Positions 52,464 through 63,023 of a stretch of DNA of 64,000 nucleotides are shown here, piece after piece. Below the pieces are notes generated by a model. It saw nothing but the letters and a program-made list of their open reading frames with translations. It was not told the origin of the DNA and made no database searches. The position numbers and the translations under genes are program-made. Source of the stretch: an uncultured virus (IMG/VR IMGVR_UViG_3300048581_000043) (taxonomy: Duplodnaviria; Heunggongvirae; Uroviricota; Caudoviricetes). The stretch is taken from the IMG/VR virus record IMGVR_UViG_3300048581_000043; one strand, given 5' to 3'. How positions within the stretch are numbered: the stretch's first letter is position 1; each line of letters starts with the position of its first letter.

Positions 52464-52982
52464 TTAGACAGATTCAGCAGCAATAACGATCTTGTTGATG
52501 ACTTCCCAATCAACGTCATCGACATGAGCAAGAAGATCATTAAAGAACTTCTTGACCTCATCGTTAGTGGCCAGTCGAACCTCTCCACTCTCAAGCTCGC
52601 CCAAGCGTGCACCCTTCAAATACTTGCCATCATGCTTATGCACGACGCAATCCTCGAAGTACACGAGAGCCACTTCTCCATCCTCAAATCGATTGTCACT
52701 TGGATTTTCTGACACAACAAACGTGCCAATTTCAAAATCCTCGCATTCATCCGCTTCGAGTTCGGCAATGGCTTCAGATACGTCCTTGTTAGTCAGATTT
52801 TCGATAGCCTCTACAACGGCATCGATATCAGCTTCCTCAGACAATACCTTAAGAGCAACAGCTAGAGCATGAAGTTTTGAATCTGAATCGCCATGGCCAC
52901 GCTCATTAAGACATGCAGCATGTGCACGTGTTAGAGCGGCCCGAGCGGCAATCAGATTATTTTTCTTCAATCTGCTATCCAT
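52464..52982 (-). CDS. Acidic hypothetical protein
   Basis: 172-aa ORF with GGAGG RBS and a downstream hairpin. Confidence 0.65.
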   Translation of the reverse strand: MDSRLKKNNLIAARAALTRAHAACLNERGHGDSDSKLHALAVALKVLSEEADIDAVVEAIENLTNKDVSEAIAELEADECEDFEIGTFVVSENPSDNRFEDGEVALVYFEDCVVHKHDGKYLKGARLGELESGEVRLATNDEVKKFFNDLLAHVDDVDWEVINKIVIAAESV

Positions 52983-53015
52983 CTAAGCCTCCAGAATCTT
53001 TTTTACCACCCTAGG

Positions 53016-53795
53016 TTATCCGTTTACCATACGCCTGATAACACCAGGAATAGCGCTTTCAAGTTCTTCATCATGTTTTTCTGGATCTTTATAAGGAATA
53101 TCAAGATCATTTTTCCAGAAAGATTTTTTTTTACCCTTTATCTTACGTGTTACATGCCGATAGGTTGCAGAATCATATTCTTCAACCTCAGGCTGTGCCA
53201 TACTTGCATAATTGCCTTTGGCATAACTATAAATGGGAAACCTGTCCTCAAAAAGATCATTAGAACACCAGATTCCCTTACGATCAACCCATCCTTCACC
53301 ACTAAAGGAAAGTCCATCTTTAGTAAGTACTACAGTTTTTTCATCAATAATATCAAGAATACCGTAACCAAGAATGGCTGCCATCCAGGCCATAGCTCTT
53401 GTATCATTCCAGTTACCATTAGGGACTGGCATTAATGAACGACAAGCCGTTTCCATAGTATACTTTTGCCATTCGGACCAAGTTCCATTATGAAACAGAA
53501 CCGCTTTAGCCTTTCCATGCAAGGTCAAAGGTGCATCCCTTTGAATAAGAAAAGGATGACATAAAGCATCACTTACTTCTCCACTACTCGCAATACGAAA
53601 GTGAATCACAAAAGGGAAAGGCAACTTCTCAGTGATTTCGAAGATGTCTTTAACTTTAAGGCCCAAACCCTTAATAAAATTAACTTTACCATCTTTAACC
53701 CAAGCTATACCACTACCGTTCGGATTTGCTTTCTGAGCATCTTTAAGCATTTTTAAAGTTGGCCGTTTACTTTCACAAGCAATAATTACGCACAT
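53016..53795 (-). CDS. Class II (Ntn) glutamine amidotransferase-like protein
   Basis: Cys at position 2 (MCVII), NPNGSG, HFRIAS.G, CHPF, FHNG, DT. Confidence 0.88.
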   Translation of the reverse strand: MCVIIACESKRPTLKMLKDAQKANPNGSGIAWVKDGKVNFIKGLGLKVKDIFEITEKLPFPFVIHFRIASSGEVSDALCHPFLIQRDAPLTLHGKAKAVLFHNGTWSEWQKYTMETACRSLMPVPNGNWNDTRAMAWMAAILGYGILDIIDEKTVVLTKDGLSFSGEGWVDRKGIWCSNDLFEDRFPIYSYAKGNYASMAQPEVEEYDSATYRHVTRKIKGKKKSFWKNDLDIPYKDPEKHDEELESAIPGVIRRMVNG

Positions 53796-53810
53796 TTATA
53801 CATCCTTTCT

Positions 53811-55172
53811 TTAATCAAATAAGTTAGCAGAACGCTCATAAGTATCGGATGATACAATCATAGTGGGTCCAGCTAACATTTTAGGCCATACTTGTTGATC
53901 ATAATCATGTTTTTCCGTAGCTTTAGTTTTTTTACATGCTACAATTTTTCTAACAGGAACTTCTCTATAGTTACTTAAATAACTATTAACGGTATTAATA
54001 AGTTCCTTTAAGGCACTAACGGCCAAGCTAGTATCTGATTTTGACCACATAGGCAAAAATCTGAATTCAACTGTACTATGTAAGTGCCGACAAAAATTAA
54101 CAGCAAAATATCTAAAACTACTATAATGCTCGTCTGTGCTAGCTTGACCATCTGGATGCCATGATCCATGTTCGCTGCTATTTAAACCCGCGCAATAACG
54201 ATTATTTCCATTAAGACGATCCCAGAAGGCACCACCAACTGTAGGATGCTTATCTCCCCAAAGTCGAAATTTAGTTTCGACATAGTTACGGAATTCGTTA
54301 CTCATTAAACGAGAATAAAATTGCGAATTTAGCAAAGACATATGAACATGAAATCCGCAAGTATCGTCAGTGTCATCCGGCATATTTTGTTTAGTCCAAA
54401 GAAGTATACTTCTGGAATCCATAGGAGACGAACGTAATTCACCGATATGTCCATATAACTGTTGACTTACTGAACCATCATGCATTAAGCCACGCCAGTT
54501 TTTAATTGCTACAGGCCTAGAAGTCCATCCACCTTCAAGCTCAACGCCAACCAAATTGATAAATTTCTTTGCTTCTTTAAGCTTGACTTTCTTGATTTTT
54601 ATATCCGTAGTGTTATATTCAGGAAGCCATACAATAAGATGACTATAACATTTAAAAAGAAAGTTGGCAGTAAACTCTAATGCATAAGCAAGATTATCAA
54701 TAAAGAATTTGGAATAAACTCCTTTAAATTCAAAGGCTACGCCATGTGATAATCCTACAGTTCTAAGAAAAGACAAATTCAAAGTCAGTTTTTCACCGCC
54801 GTTTCCTTCTATGATTTCCTTAAATCGATTACCATAACGATAAAGCATAATATTAATATCTTCATAAGGACTATACTTATCTTTAAAAGCTTTAGTGCTT
54901 AGAGTAGATGGAAGCATATGCATTTTTTTTGAATCTATATCACTTGGAAAATTATATAAAGCAGTATCGCCACGATAGTTGTGGTGAATTGTCGCCCAAT
55001 AATCAGCAAAACCCCAACTAGCAGAATTGGAAGTTGAATAACGATTTCCTGCACAAATACTAAAAAGTTTTTCCAACCAAGGGGAACATACTTTAACGGA
55101 AAGACCCTTGGTAGACATACGAATATCATAAGCAATAAGATTTTTTTCTTTTGTACTCTGACACTTAGGCAT
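53811..55172 (-). CDS. Putative amidoligase (COOH-NH2 ligase type 2)
   Basis: VGVELEG, HDGS, ELRSSP, TCGFHVHMS, RYFAVN...HSTVEFR. Confidence 0.85.
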   Translation of the reverse strand: MPKCQSTKEKNLIAYDIRMSTKGLSVKVCSPWLEKLFSICAGNRYSTSNSASWGFADYWATIHHNYRGDTALYNFPSDIDSKKMHMLPSTLSTKAFKDKYSPYEDINIMLYRYGNRFKEIIEGNGGEKLTLNLSFLRTVGLSHGVAFEFKGVYSKFFIDNLAYALEFTANFLFKCYSHLIVWLPEYNTTDIKIKKVKLKEAKKFINLVGVELEGGWTSRPVAIKNWRGLMHDGSVSQQLYGHIGELRSSPMDSRSILLWTKQNMPDDTDDTCGFHVHMSLLNSQFYSRLMSNEFRNYVETKFRLWGDKHPTVGGAFWDRLNGNNRYCAGLNSSEHGSWHPDGQASTDEHYSSFRYFAVNFCRHLHSTVEFRFLPMWSKSDTSLAVSALKELINTVNSYLSNYREVPVRKIVACKKTKATEKHDYDQQVWPKMLAGPTMIVSSDTYERSANLFD

Positions 55173-55187
55173 ACATTCTCCTTTATA

Positions 55188-55991
55188 TTATTTCTTTAAC
55201 AATTTAAAAGCAAACATACGAGTTCTTCTATCAGTGGTAGTTTCATAAAAATTATTTTGATTTAACAACAAGCGAACATCATAATAATTCCAGTCTGTTT
55301 CTTGCACTTCTTTTAAGGCATGTTTAAGATTAAGAGCAAGCTGTACACTAGAAGTACGTTGATCTTCAACTGTAAAGTTTATAAGTAATCCATAGTTAGC
55401 AATACATCTAACTTGCAAAACCTCACAAATACTTTTAACTTTATCTAAAACACCTAAGCTTTTAGGTGGAATTAACATATTTTCAGAATCGAAATGTACA
55501 AATATGGGCTGACTAACTTCTTGATCTCCAAAACGATCTGTTAGGGCTTTATTAACAAATTCATCCCCAAAAAACATATGGTAGGTATCACCAATACCTA
55601 AGATTTTATAGCTTCTTCCAATATATTCTATATAACAAGCATCTTTCTCAGGATTCTGATTAGTAAGACAATTAACATAATTCGAAGCTAGGCCCCCTTG
55701 TTTTACAAAATCACGAGGTTCACTATCTTCAATTGTACTTATCGTTTTGGCACTCATATCTACTCTAACTGTAGACCCTCCCATACCGAGAACTAATAAT
55801 TGAGAAAAAGGAGCTATAGTTTTAGCAAAAGGCCATACTAACTTTCCCCTATAACCTTGAACTTTCTTTTCAATATCATATGATTTAAACGTTTGCCCAA
55901 GACGTAGCTCTAGCTTATTAGGAGAATCTTTTGGAAAAAATTGTCCTGCCAAAGCTAAAGCTTTGTCTTTATTAAGAAATTCTGTGGGCAT
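55188..55991 (-). CDS. Hypothetical protein
   Basis: 267-aa ORF between the ParB-like and amidoligase genes. Confidence 0.6.
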   Translation of the reverse strand: MPTEFLNKDKALALAGQFFPKDSPNKLELRLGQTFKSYDIEKKVQGYRGKLVWPFAKTIAPFSQLLVLGMGGSTVRVDMSAKTISTIEDSEPRDFVKQGGLASNYVNCLTNQNPEKDACYIEYIGRSYKILGIGDTYHMFFGDEFVNKALTDRFGDQEVSQPIFVHFDSENMLIPPKSLGVLDKVKSICEVLQVRCIANYGLLINFTVEDQRTSSVQLALNLKHALKEVQETDWNYYDVRLLLNQNNFYETTTDRRTRMFAFKLLKK

Positions 55992-56007
55992 TGTCTATAC
56001 CTTTCAA

Positions 56008-56943
56008 TTAAATTAATTGGCGATGTTGAAAGAAGCTATTCAATTCAACAATAGCTCTTTTTTTGAACATACTGATTTCTTTGGGTCCTGACATCTTCCC
56101 TGGCATATAAGATAAACTAAAAGAACTTCGGGAAACCCGCAAACATTTATCAGCATAATTCTTATTTAAAAAAGCTCTATTAAAAGCTTTTTTGTAACCT
56201 TGAACAGTATTAGCTTCTTCGATATAAGAACAATAACGTTCCCAATCGGGAATAGTACTTCCATTGTCCCTACGAGATGTTTTGCCCTTCATTTGAGCCT
56301 GCAAAACTTTTAACAAACCTAGTTTATCTTGCAAAAGTTTACTTAATGCAGCAGCTACAGGAGGATTGTTGATTGTACCGCTACGCATTAACCCTTCAAC
56401 AAAAGGAACTCGAAGAATTTGAGAATATTGACTATAAAGCGTTTTCAATGATTGCATTCTCGAAAGCTTCTTTTCTGGAGTCATTTCTCCATCTCGCTTA
56501 ATTTCAAGGTTAACATGTGCGTTAACAACATCTTGCAAACGATATCCTTTAGAAAAAGCTCCTTTAAGAGCTTGCATATTGTGCCAGTTATTATGTTTCC
56601 ATTTAGTCTTATCAGAAGTATTATATACGTTGGGACCAATAAAAGATTCGCATTCAGACAGAGCTACAACCATACAAAGAATCTCTTTGTGACCTTCGGC
56701 ACGCCAAGCTTCTTCTCGACCATTGCCATCAACAAGAGAATAGGTATAAGAACCATGTGGATCTAAACAAACTACGACTGGAGTATTCAGATTATTGCTA
56801 GAATGAATTGAACGCCTTAGATTTTTTCTAGAAATATTTGAAGAAACACGAGAAGTAGAACTGCCTTCGCCACGAGTATTGTGTATATCGCAATCGATAT
56901 CCTTAAATGAAATCATTTTCACAACAGGTTGAATATCAAGCAT
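56008..56943 (-). CDS. ParB/Srx-like N-terminal domain protein
   Basis: N.R...L..SI......PVVV.......Y.LVDGNGR..AW. Confidence 0.7.
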   Translation of the reverse strand: MLDIQPVVKMISFKDIDCDIHNTRGEGSSTSRVSSNISRKNLRRSIHSSNNLNTPVVVCLDPHGSYTYSLVDGNGREEAWRAEGHKEILCMVVALSECESFIGPNVYNTSDKTKWKHNNWHNMQALKGAFSKGYRLQDVVNAHVNLEIKRDGEMTPEKKLSRMQSLKTLYSQYSQILRVPFVEGLMRSGTINNPPVAAALSKLLQDKLGLLKVLQAQMKGKTSRRDNGSTIPDWERYCSYIEEANTVQGYKKAFNRAFLNKNYADKCLRVSRSSFSLSYMPGKMSGPKEISMFKKRAIVELNSFFQHRQLI

Positions 56944-57462
56944 TTTATTCTCCTTTAATTTGAATAATCACAATCATAAGAAATAACTTCATAATAAACT
57001 CTGCGTGAACAATTTCCTGGAGAACGTTCGGTAGGAGTACATTCAGTTAAATGTTGAGGAGATTGAGAGTAATGACCAACTATTGCAAAATTTTCTTTAC
57101 AATATCCTTCCACTTTTTTCTCAAGATATCTCACGGCTTTTTTCTCATTCTTAAAAGCTTTTAGTATTTCGGAATAATAGCATCCGTCTGAGCTTGAAGA
57201 ACTTTTACCGCTAAATTTAACCAAATAAATTTGTTTCATATAATTCCTTTAATTAAATACGGTCGTATAGACATAAAATAAATAAAATTATTGTAATTGG
57301 CCAACCCAAGGATAGAACAATAATAAAAAAAGCAGAAAGCCAAAATCCATAAGAAACTAAACTTTTACGATCAAGATAAGCATCCAAGCATAACAAAACA
57401 AAAATAAGAATCATAATATAAAAATACCAGTTATTAGAATGCATGATTTCTCCTTAAGATAA

Positions 57463-57539
57463 TGGTGCGTCCGCCGCGATTTGGACGCGGGACCGATCGC
57501 TTAGAAGGCGATTGCTCTATCCAACTGAGCTACGGACGC
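57463..57539 (-). tRNA. tRNA-Arg(UCU), CCA encoded
   Basis: Acceptor GCGTCCG/CGGACGC, anticodon arm ATCGC-CTTCTAA-GCGAT; atypical T loop TCCAAAT. Confidence 0.9.
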
Positions 57540-58490
57540 TCTTATAAACTATTAATCAAATCTACCTTCATTAAGAGCTTCTAAAACACTTCGAGTATAA
57601 TTCATTGCATCTCTGCTTATTCCATAAGCATATTCGAGTTGCTCTTCTAAAAATATAAGAAGTTTTTTACGATTTATAGACTTAGAACTAATAATTTTTT
57701 GATCGTAATCAACCAAAACACGTTTGGCAGTTCTCACTATCAAAGATTTTCTACTTTCAGTACTAAATTCACCTTCTTTACGTAACTCGATACGTGCTTT
57801 TCTAAAAGCTTCTTGCATATTACAAGCACAAACTTCTAGCTCGCCTATTTTTTTTATTACAAATATCTACATATTTGCGTTCAAATCCAAAAGTATAAAG
57901 ATATTTAGGTTTTTTCTGAACCTTCAATTTTTTTAGGATCGGGCACATTTTCTATTCCTTTCAAAACCATATGGCATTTCATAGCAAAAGTTGCCCAATT
58001 GGGTCTTTTTTTACTATATTCATTATCATAAGCGATACTAATCCAACGAATAGTATCTTTAGCAAGATTAACTTCTGATTGAACAGAGTGTAATTTCTTA
58101 TGAATATTTCTATCATGAAACAAATGATAGATCATCAACGGAATAAAACCCAAAGCCAAACATGTAAAGGCTGGGTTCTCCAGAATAGTAAGAACCTTAC
58201 TCTCTGGAGTAATAATCAGTAGCAAGGGAAGCAAATGCGAAATAATATGCAGAAACATTGCGATTCCAGTAACAACTGACAACCAACCAGCAATATAAGA
58301 TTCATGTTGACATTTCATTTTATCTCCTTCAAATCTTTCAATATGTAAATTGCCTGTTCTACATCTTTTTCTCTTAAGCCAGTTTCAAACCACCCCCCAA
58401 AAATATGGACATATCTATCTAAATATTTTTTATTTTCAGAAGCTAATTCGAAAAGTTCTTCATCTTCCAAATTAAGTTTTACTATACTTG

Positions 58491-58658
58491 CGGCTAGAGA
58501 CTATCTGTTTAGAGAATCTAATTGTGCTAGCACTTAAAATAAAGATGGATCATTGCTGGTTCCCGCAGGATAAAGCTCCCCATTTTTATTAATTAGTCTC
58601 CTGGATAAACCTGATAGTTAGGACGGGGCTAAACACCCCTCTTCACCACCTCTAGCCG
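58491..58658 (-). ncRNA. Putative ~170-nt structured RNA of unknown family
   Basis: Closing stem CGGCTAGAG/CTCTAGCCG; internal GGGG/CCCC, CTAATT/AATTAG, ATAAA.ATGG/CCAT.TTTAT. Confidence 0.45.
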
Positions 58659-58694
58659 TAAATATAGTAATTATCTTATAGAATCGCAGATGCT

Positions 58695-58764
58695 GCTTAA
58701 AGGTGGGACTCGAACCCACGACCTCCAGGGTCTCTGGCGCTCTAACCAACTGAGCTACACCACA
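58695..58764 (-). tRNA. tRNA-like RNA with intact D and T arms, shortened anticodon arm and unpaired acceptor (pseudo-tRNA)
   Basis: TAGCTCAGTTGGTTAGAGC, CCAG-AGACC-CTGG, GTGGG-TTCGAGT-CCCAC. Confidence 0.6.
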
Positions 58765-58885
58765 TGTTACTGGCCATTGTAACTGTGTAGATGTCTCATC
58801 TGCCATCTTAAAAAATAACAAATATATTTACTTCCCAAGACTCCCTCTGGAAATAACACAGAAGGAATCAAGGGAAATAAATAGT

Positions 58886-59326
58886 TTACTGAGGCAATTG
58901 CTCCGTGTTACTGGTGGAGAACGCGCCTTCCATTTCGGCGGCTGAAACTACTTCGGCAGTTGCAGTAGACGCTGTAGAAGTCGTAGCCTCTTCCTTCTTG
59001 GGCGGAAAATACACGCGCTCAATATGGAAGCCGAAGATACTAACTTGAGTAACATTGGTTTCGCCAATCTTTACGGTTCGCGAAGTCAATTTCCCTTCGG
59101 TATAGACGGCCATACCTTTTTTCAAATTCTCGGCAGCCCATTCGCCCTGTTGATCGGAAAGGGTGATATCAGTAAACACCGTTGTAGTAACCTCGTTGTT
59201 TGCTGAATTCTTATAAGTATCGTTATGAGCAATCTTAACAAACGTCATCTTTTTGCCTTCACCAGTGACATGCACTTTTGGATCCGCACAAAGATTCCCG
59301 GTCAGCTCTACATTGTTCTTACGCAT
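58886..59326 (-). CDS. ssb: Single-stranded DNA-binding protein
   Basis: N.V.L.GNL..DP, AAENLKKG..V..EG.L..R. Confidence 0.9.
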   Translation of the reverse strand: MRKNNVELTGNLCADPKVHVTGEGKKMTFVKIAHNDTYKNSANNEVTTTVFTDITLSDQQGEWAAENLKKGMAVYTEGKLTSRTVKIGETNVTQVSIFGFHIERVYFPPKKEEATTSTASTATAEVVSAAEMEGAFSTSNTEQLPQ

Positions 59327-60847
59327 ATGTTAAACTCCTTTGATTTTCAATTTACCAGACCTCAGCAGTTCTGCCGGGTTTAGCTACTTCAACTAATTCT
59401 TTTCAGGAATAACTACCTAATTGATGTAAATTACGTCTTTTAACTTCTTCGAATTTCCTATTAATAAAAACTTCAAATCGTTGATTAGTATAGAGTAAAG
59501 ACCTAATATTGGTAGTCATATTCCTATTACGCAAACTTTCTAAATAAGCTATTCTTCCGTTAATAGACTTTAATATCCAAGCATATTTAGAATTTATTGC
59601 CCAATCACAATGTACTCTTTGACCAATTTCATATTTTAATTCATCTTCGGGAATATGTTTATCATAATCGCGCAATTCTTTATCCATACTTATTCCTATA
59701 ACAAAGTAATTTTAGATAAATTTTCATTATTAACATTTAACACAAAACCATAAGTAACACACGGTCTACATGTGCTTTGAATTTCAAAACATGAGTCTTT
59801 CTCTTCATGTATTTCCTTATGAGGACAATAATCGTCACATCCTTGTTTAAATGTTTCACTTTGAGGACAAATGACTTTAGACATACAAGCCTCACCAATT
59901 CATTTCAATTGATAGACGTCCAATTCTACAATAACAACCCGCACATTTATAATAAAATCCACCTCGAAAGAATGGTTGCCAGGTTCCAATACCATACCAT
60001 TTGATATCTAACAACTTGATATCACGATGCATATTTTCTCCTTAACAATTATTTAATACGAGCTAAGGCATCCTTGGCTTCTCTTAATTGAGAAGTAGCA
60101 TAACTGGCCACTTCTGGAGATAACAACTTATTTTGAGTGCATTGAGTAAGATTTGATTCTAATAAAAGAATATAATCACGTAAAACCTGAACTTTTTTAT
60201 TCCAAGCTTGGATATCTTCTACCATTCTGCAGTACCTCTTTTTCTTCTACTACACTACCTATAGATTACTAATAAAATCAAGCCTTGAAACAAGGTTTTA
60301 TCCAAACACGCAATAGACAAACCAGACCTTTAAAAATATGAAATTTCCTTAAGTGAATCACATTCCATAAGGTTAGCTGGCACACAAGTTGGACATTGAC
60401 TTCTAAAGGGAACCTCCCTACATGTCTCTCTTTCTATATGAGGCCCTCCATGTGTAAAACAATTTTTACATAATTGTTGTTTCCATCTAAGGCATATCAT
60501 TATCTTATTTCCATCCATATATTTTTCCTTAAGATACTTTTAAATTTGCCGCAAGATACTTAAAACATATATCTCGATAGCCCTATCAATATCTTTTCCA
60601 AGACACAAAACTGAAGGATAATCTTTCTTACAAGTAGAACACCATAAGAAACCATTAAATTCGGACCACTGTAACCGCTCATCATACTTACCTTTAGTAA
60701 TAAGTCGATATTTACAGATCGGACAATGATAATTATATTCACATGGCTGATCAATAACGAAGCTATGATCAGTTGATCTTAGCCCAACTACATTTCTAAT
60801 CTGTTTCTCAATCAATGTCATGTCTTTAAGTTTGGTCATTATATTTA

Positions 60848-61276
60848 TTACCTTTCAAATTCAATAATAGTAATATTGGGAAATACTGTTTCTAAAATAC
60901 CCAAATATACTGTCCAAACTCCTCCGGCTAAGCCACAACCCATATTTTTAGGGGCAAAAACTTCTTTTTCATTAGCTATGCCTTTTAATTCCCATAAGGC
61001 ACGACTTACTGCTACATAGTCTGTTTGCCTATGCCCGCGTCCATAATGAAATTGGCCATATATATTGGCAACCCAAAGCTTTTCATTAATCTGAACGAGC
61101 TGGGTATGTCCAAGAGGACTACTAAGCCGACACAATTTTTCTGAAGCCTCTGCTACATGAGGCCACTTATGTTTAATTTGTAAAGCAAGCCCTGCGCCAA
61201 AATTACCTTGACAATTACATTGGTGCAAAAGAATACCTTCAGTTACCGAAAGCAGGTTCCCTTTGATCATTTTCAT
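60848..61276 (-). CDS. Macro domain (ADP-ribose processing) protein
   Basis: GNLL......HQCNC.G.FGAGLA..I...WP, N.YGQ, P..MGCGLAGG.W. Confidence 0.88.
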   Translation of the reverse strand: MKMIKGNLLSVTEGILLHQCNCQGNFGAGLALQIKHKWPHVAEASEKLCRLSSPLGHTQLVQINEKLWVANIYGQFHYGRGHRQTDYVAVSRALWELKGIANEKEVFAPKNMGCGLAGGVWTVYLGILETVFPNITIIEFER

Positions 61277-61633
61277 CTTTTATTCTCATTTCTTTAAAAA
61301 ATGCTTGCCGCTCTTGTTGTTTGAACTTACGTTCTTTTTGTCGTTCACGTAAAATTCGTCCATGATCTTCGTCTTTATATTTTTCAATACGATATGAATC
61401 ACTCATTTTTAATCCTTATTTAAATTTCTTTTTGCCCAATCAATAACAACATTATACAAAAATATAATCGCAAACGGAATTGTTCCAATGAGTATAGTTA
61501 AAAAGGGATGAGCACAAATAAGATTATCAACTATTGGCTTATTAAAGAAAACATTTCCTACAACTTTAAAATGTAATTCCCAAGATAATTCCATTGATAA
61601 TCATGAAAGTAATAAACTTTTTCATATTGGTTC

Positions 61634-61975
61634 CTAAATTTCAAGGCTAAAGCACAGCTTCTTAGCCGCCTTCATGATATTAACCATATGCGTAGAACCC
61701 TTACTGTGGTCCTTAATAATTACAATTGCCCCATCAGCCTTGGTTGCCATTAACTCATTACGCTTATAGCCAGCGCTTTTTCCATATAGATCCCAGTTAG
61801 CAAAATATTGTTCAATAGGGATATTATGGCACTGAGCATACTCTTCACCTAGCTGATCCACACCTCTGGCTGTTCCAGAGATTACAGTTGTTATATCAAA
61901 TCCACTAAGAAGAACTGCCTTTTCAATAATGGAATAATCAGTAATGGTACGAGAACCAGCTATGATTACGCGCAT
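61634..61975 (-). CDS. SLOG-superfamily (YspA/DUF2493-like) protein
   Basis: RVIIAGSR, ISGTARGVD..GE.YA, ANW..YGKSAG..RN..MA, SKGS..M. Confidence 0.85.
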   Translation of the reverse strand: MRVIIAGSRTITDYSIIEKAVLLSGFDITTVISGTARGVDQLGEEYAQCHNIPIEQYFANWDLYGKSAGYKRNELMATKADGAIVIIKDHSKGSTHMVNIMKAAKKLCFSLEI

Positions 61976-62708
61976 AGTTATCCTTTAATCAGAGATAAAC
62001 CTTGAAGTTTTGCTGTTTCTTGAGCATGACTTCTTTTAGCTAACAAAGTTGGAGTACCTGATAAAGGCAAACCCGTATTATCCCAATTAATGACTTAGAT
62101 TTGTGTATAAATATGCGAAGCTAATTTAACTTGGTGTTCCAGCATTACTGGAGTTCGGTTTTTCTGTGCACTCCTTAACGTCACTCGTGCCAATTTGATT
62201 CTCCTTTTCAATTTTTTCAGGCTCATAATGAGGACAATCGTCTAACAAAGCACAACTACCACTCTTGTCAACCAAAGGGCATCCACTTTGCAGATAACAC
62301 TGCATTTTGTCTAGCCTCCTGTAAAACAATTTCTGCTTTATTAATCACTGGATCATATAAACGATCTGGTCCGAGACAACCATCGTGAGAATCGCGCATT
62401 TCTTCTGCCATATCAATCAAAGATGCAAAAACCAAAAGTTCAGTAGCAGTCATAATTAGTTAACCTTTTTAGGATTTGTTGTTCAAGATTTGGGACTCAT
62501 TAAAGAGATACTCTAAAACAAGTCCCAAACTTTCAACAACCTATCTTTAAGTCAGAAAGTAATAAAGTAATACATATTAAATTAATGGTTGTACTTTTAG
62601 GCGAGTCGCCGCATAGTTCTTTCCTTTCAGTTCCAATTGTGGATACATAAATTTTCATACAGAACCTGTATGATTCAAACCCTTTAGGGGTATGAAAGCT
62701 AATCAAGT

Positions 62709-63023
62709 TTATTTATAATCAACGTATTCGCTTACATCAATATACCCATACCCACGTTTTTCAACTCCTTTTCCTCCTATTCGTTGATAATCTAAGCCCC
62801 CATCAAGAAAAATGTCTCCGCATTTACAGGTTACAAGATCATGTCGATGTTTGGATTCAATAATAGTTTTACATGTCTTACACTGAATTCTACTACGAAT
62901 TAATTTTCGATGGAAAATAGGATCACGATTAATAAAACGCTTTTCAATATAGTCTATTGCATAATACAACATAAGACCAATAAAGAGAAGAATAACCATA
63001 TCGAGTACAATTAAACCATTCAT
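62709..63023 (-). CDS. Small Zn-binding phage protein with N-terminal TM segment
   Basis: C..C...IES.HRHD...C.CG....DGG.DY.R. Confidence 0.6.
   Translation of the reverse strand: MNGLIVLDMVILLFIGLMLYYAIDYIEKRFINRDPIFHRKLIRSRIQCKTCKTIIESKHRHDLVTCKCGDIFLDGGLDYQRIGGKGVEKRGYGYIDVSEYVDYK

Noticed and set aside
58618..58821. 67-aa minus-strand ORF
   Set aside because: It is a translation through the tRNA-like sequence (GVAQLVRAP...VVGSSPT).
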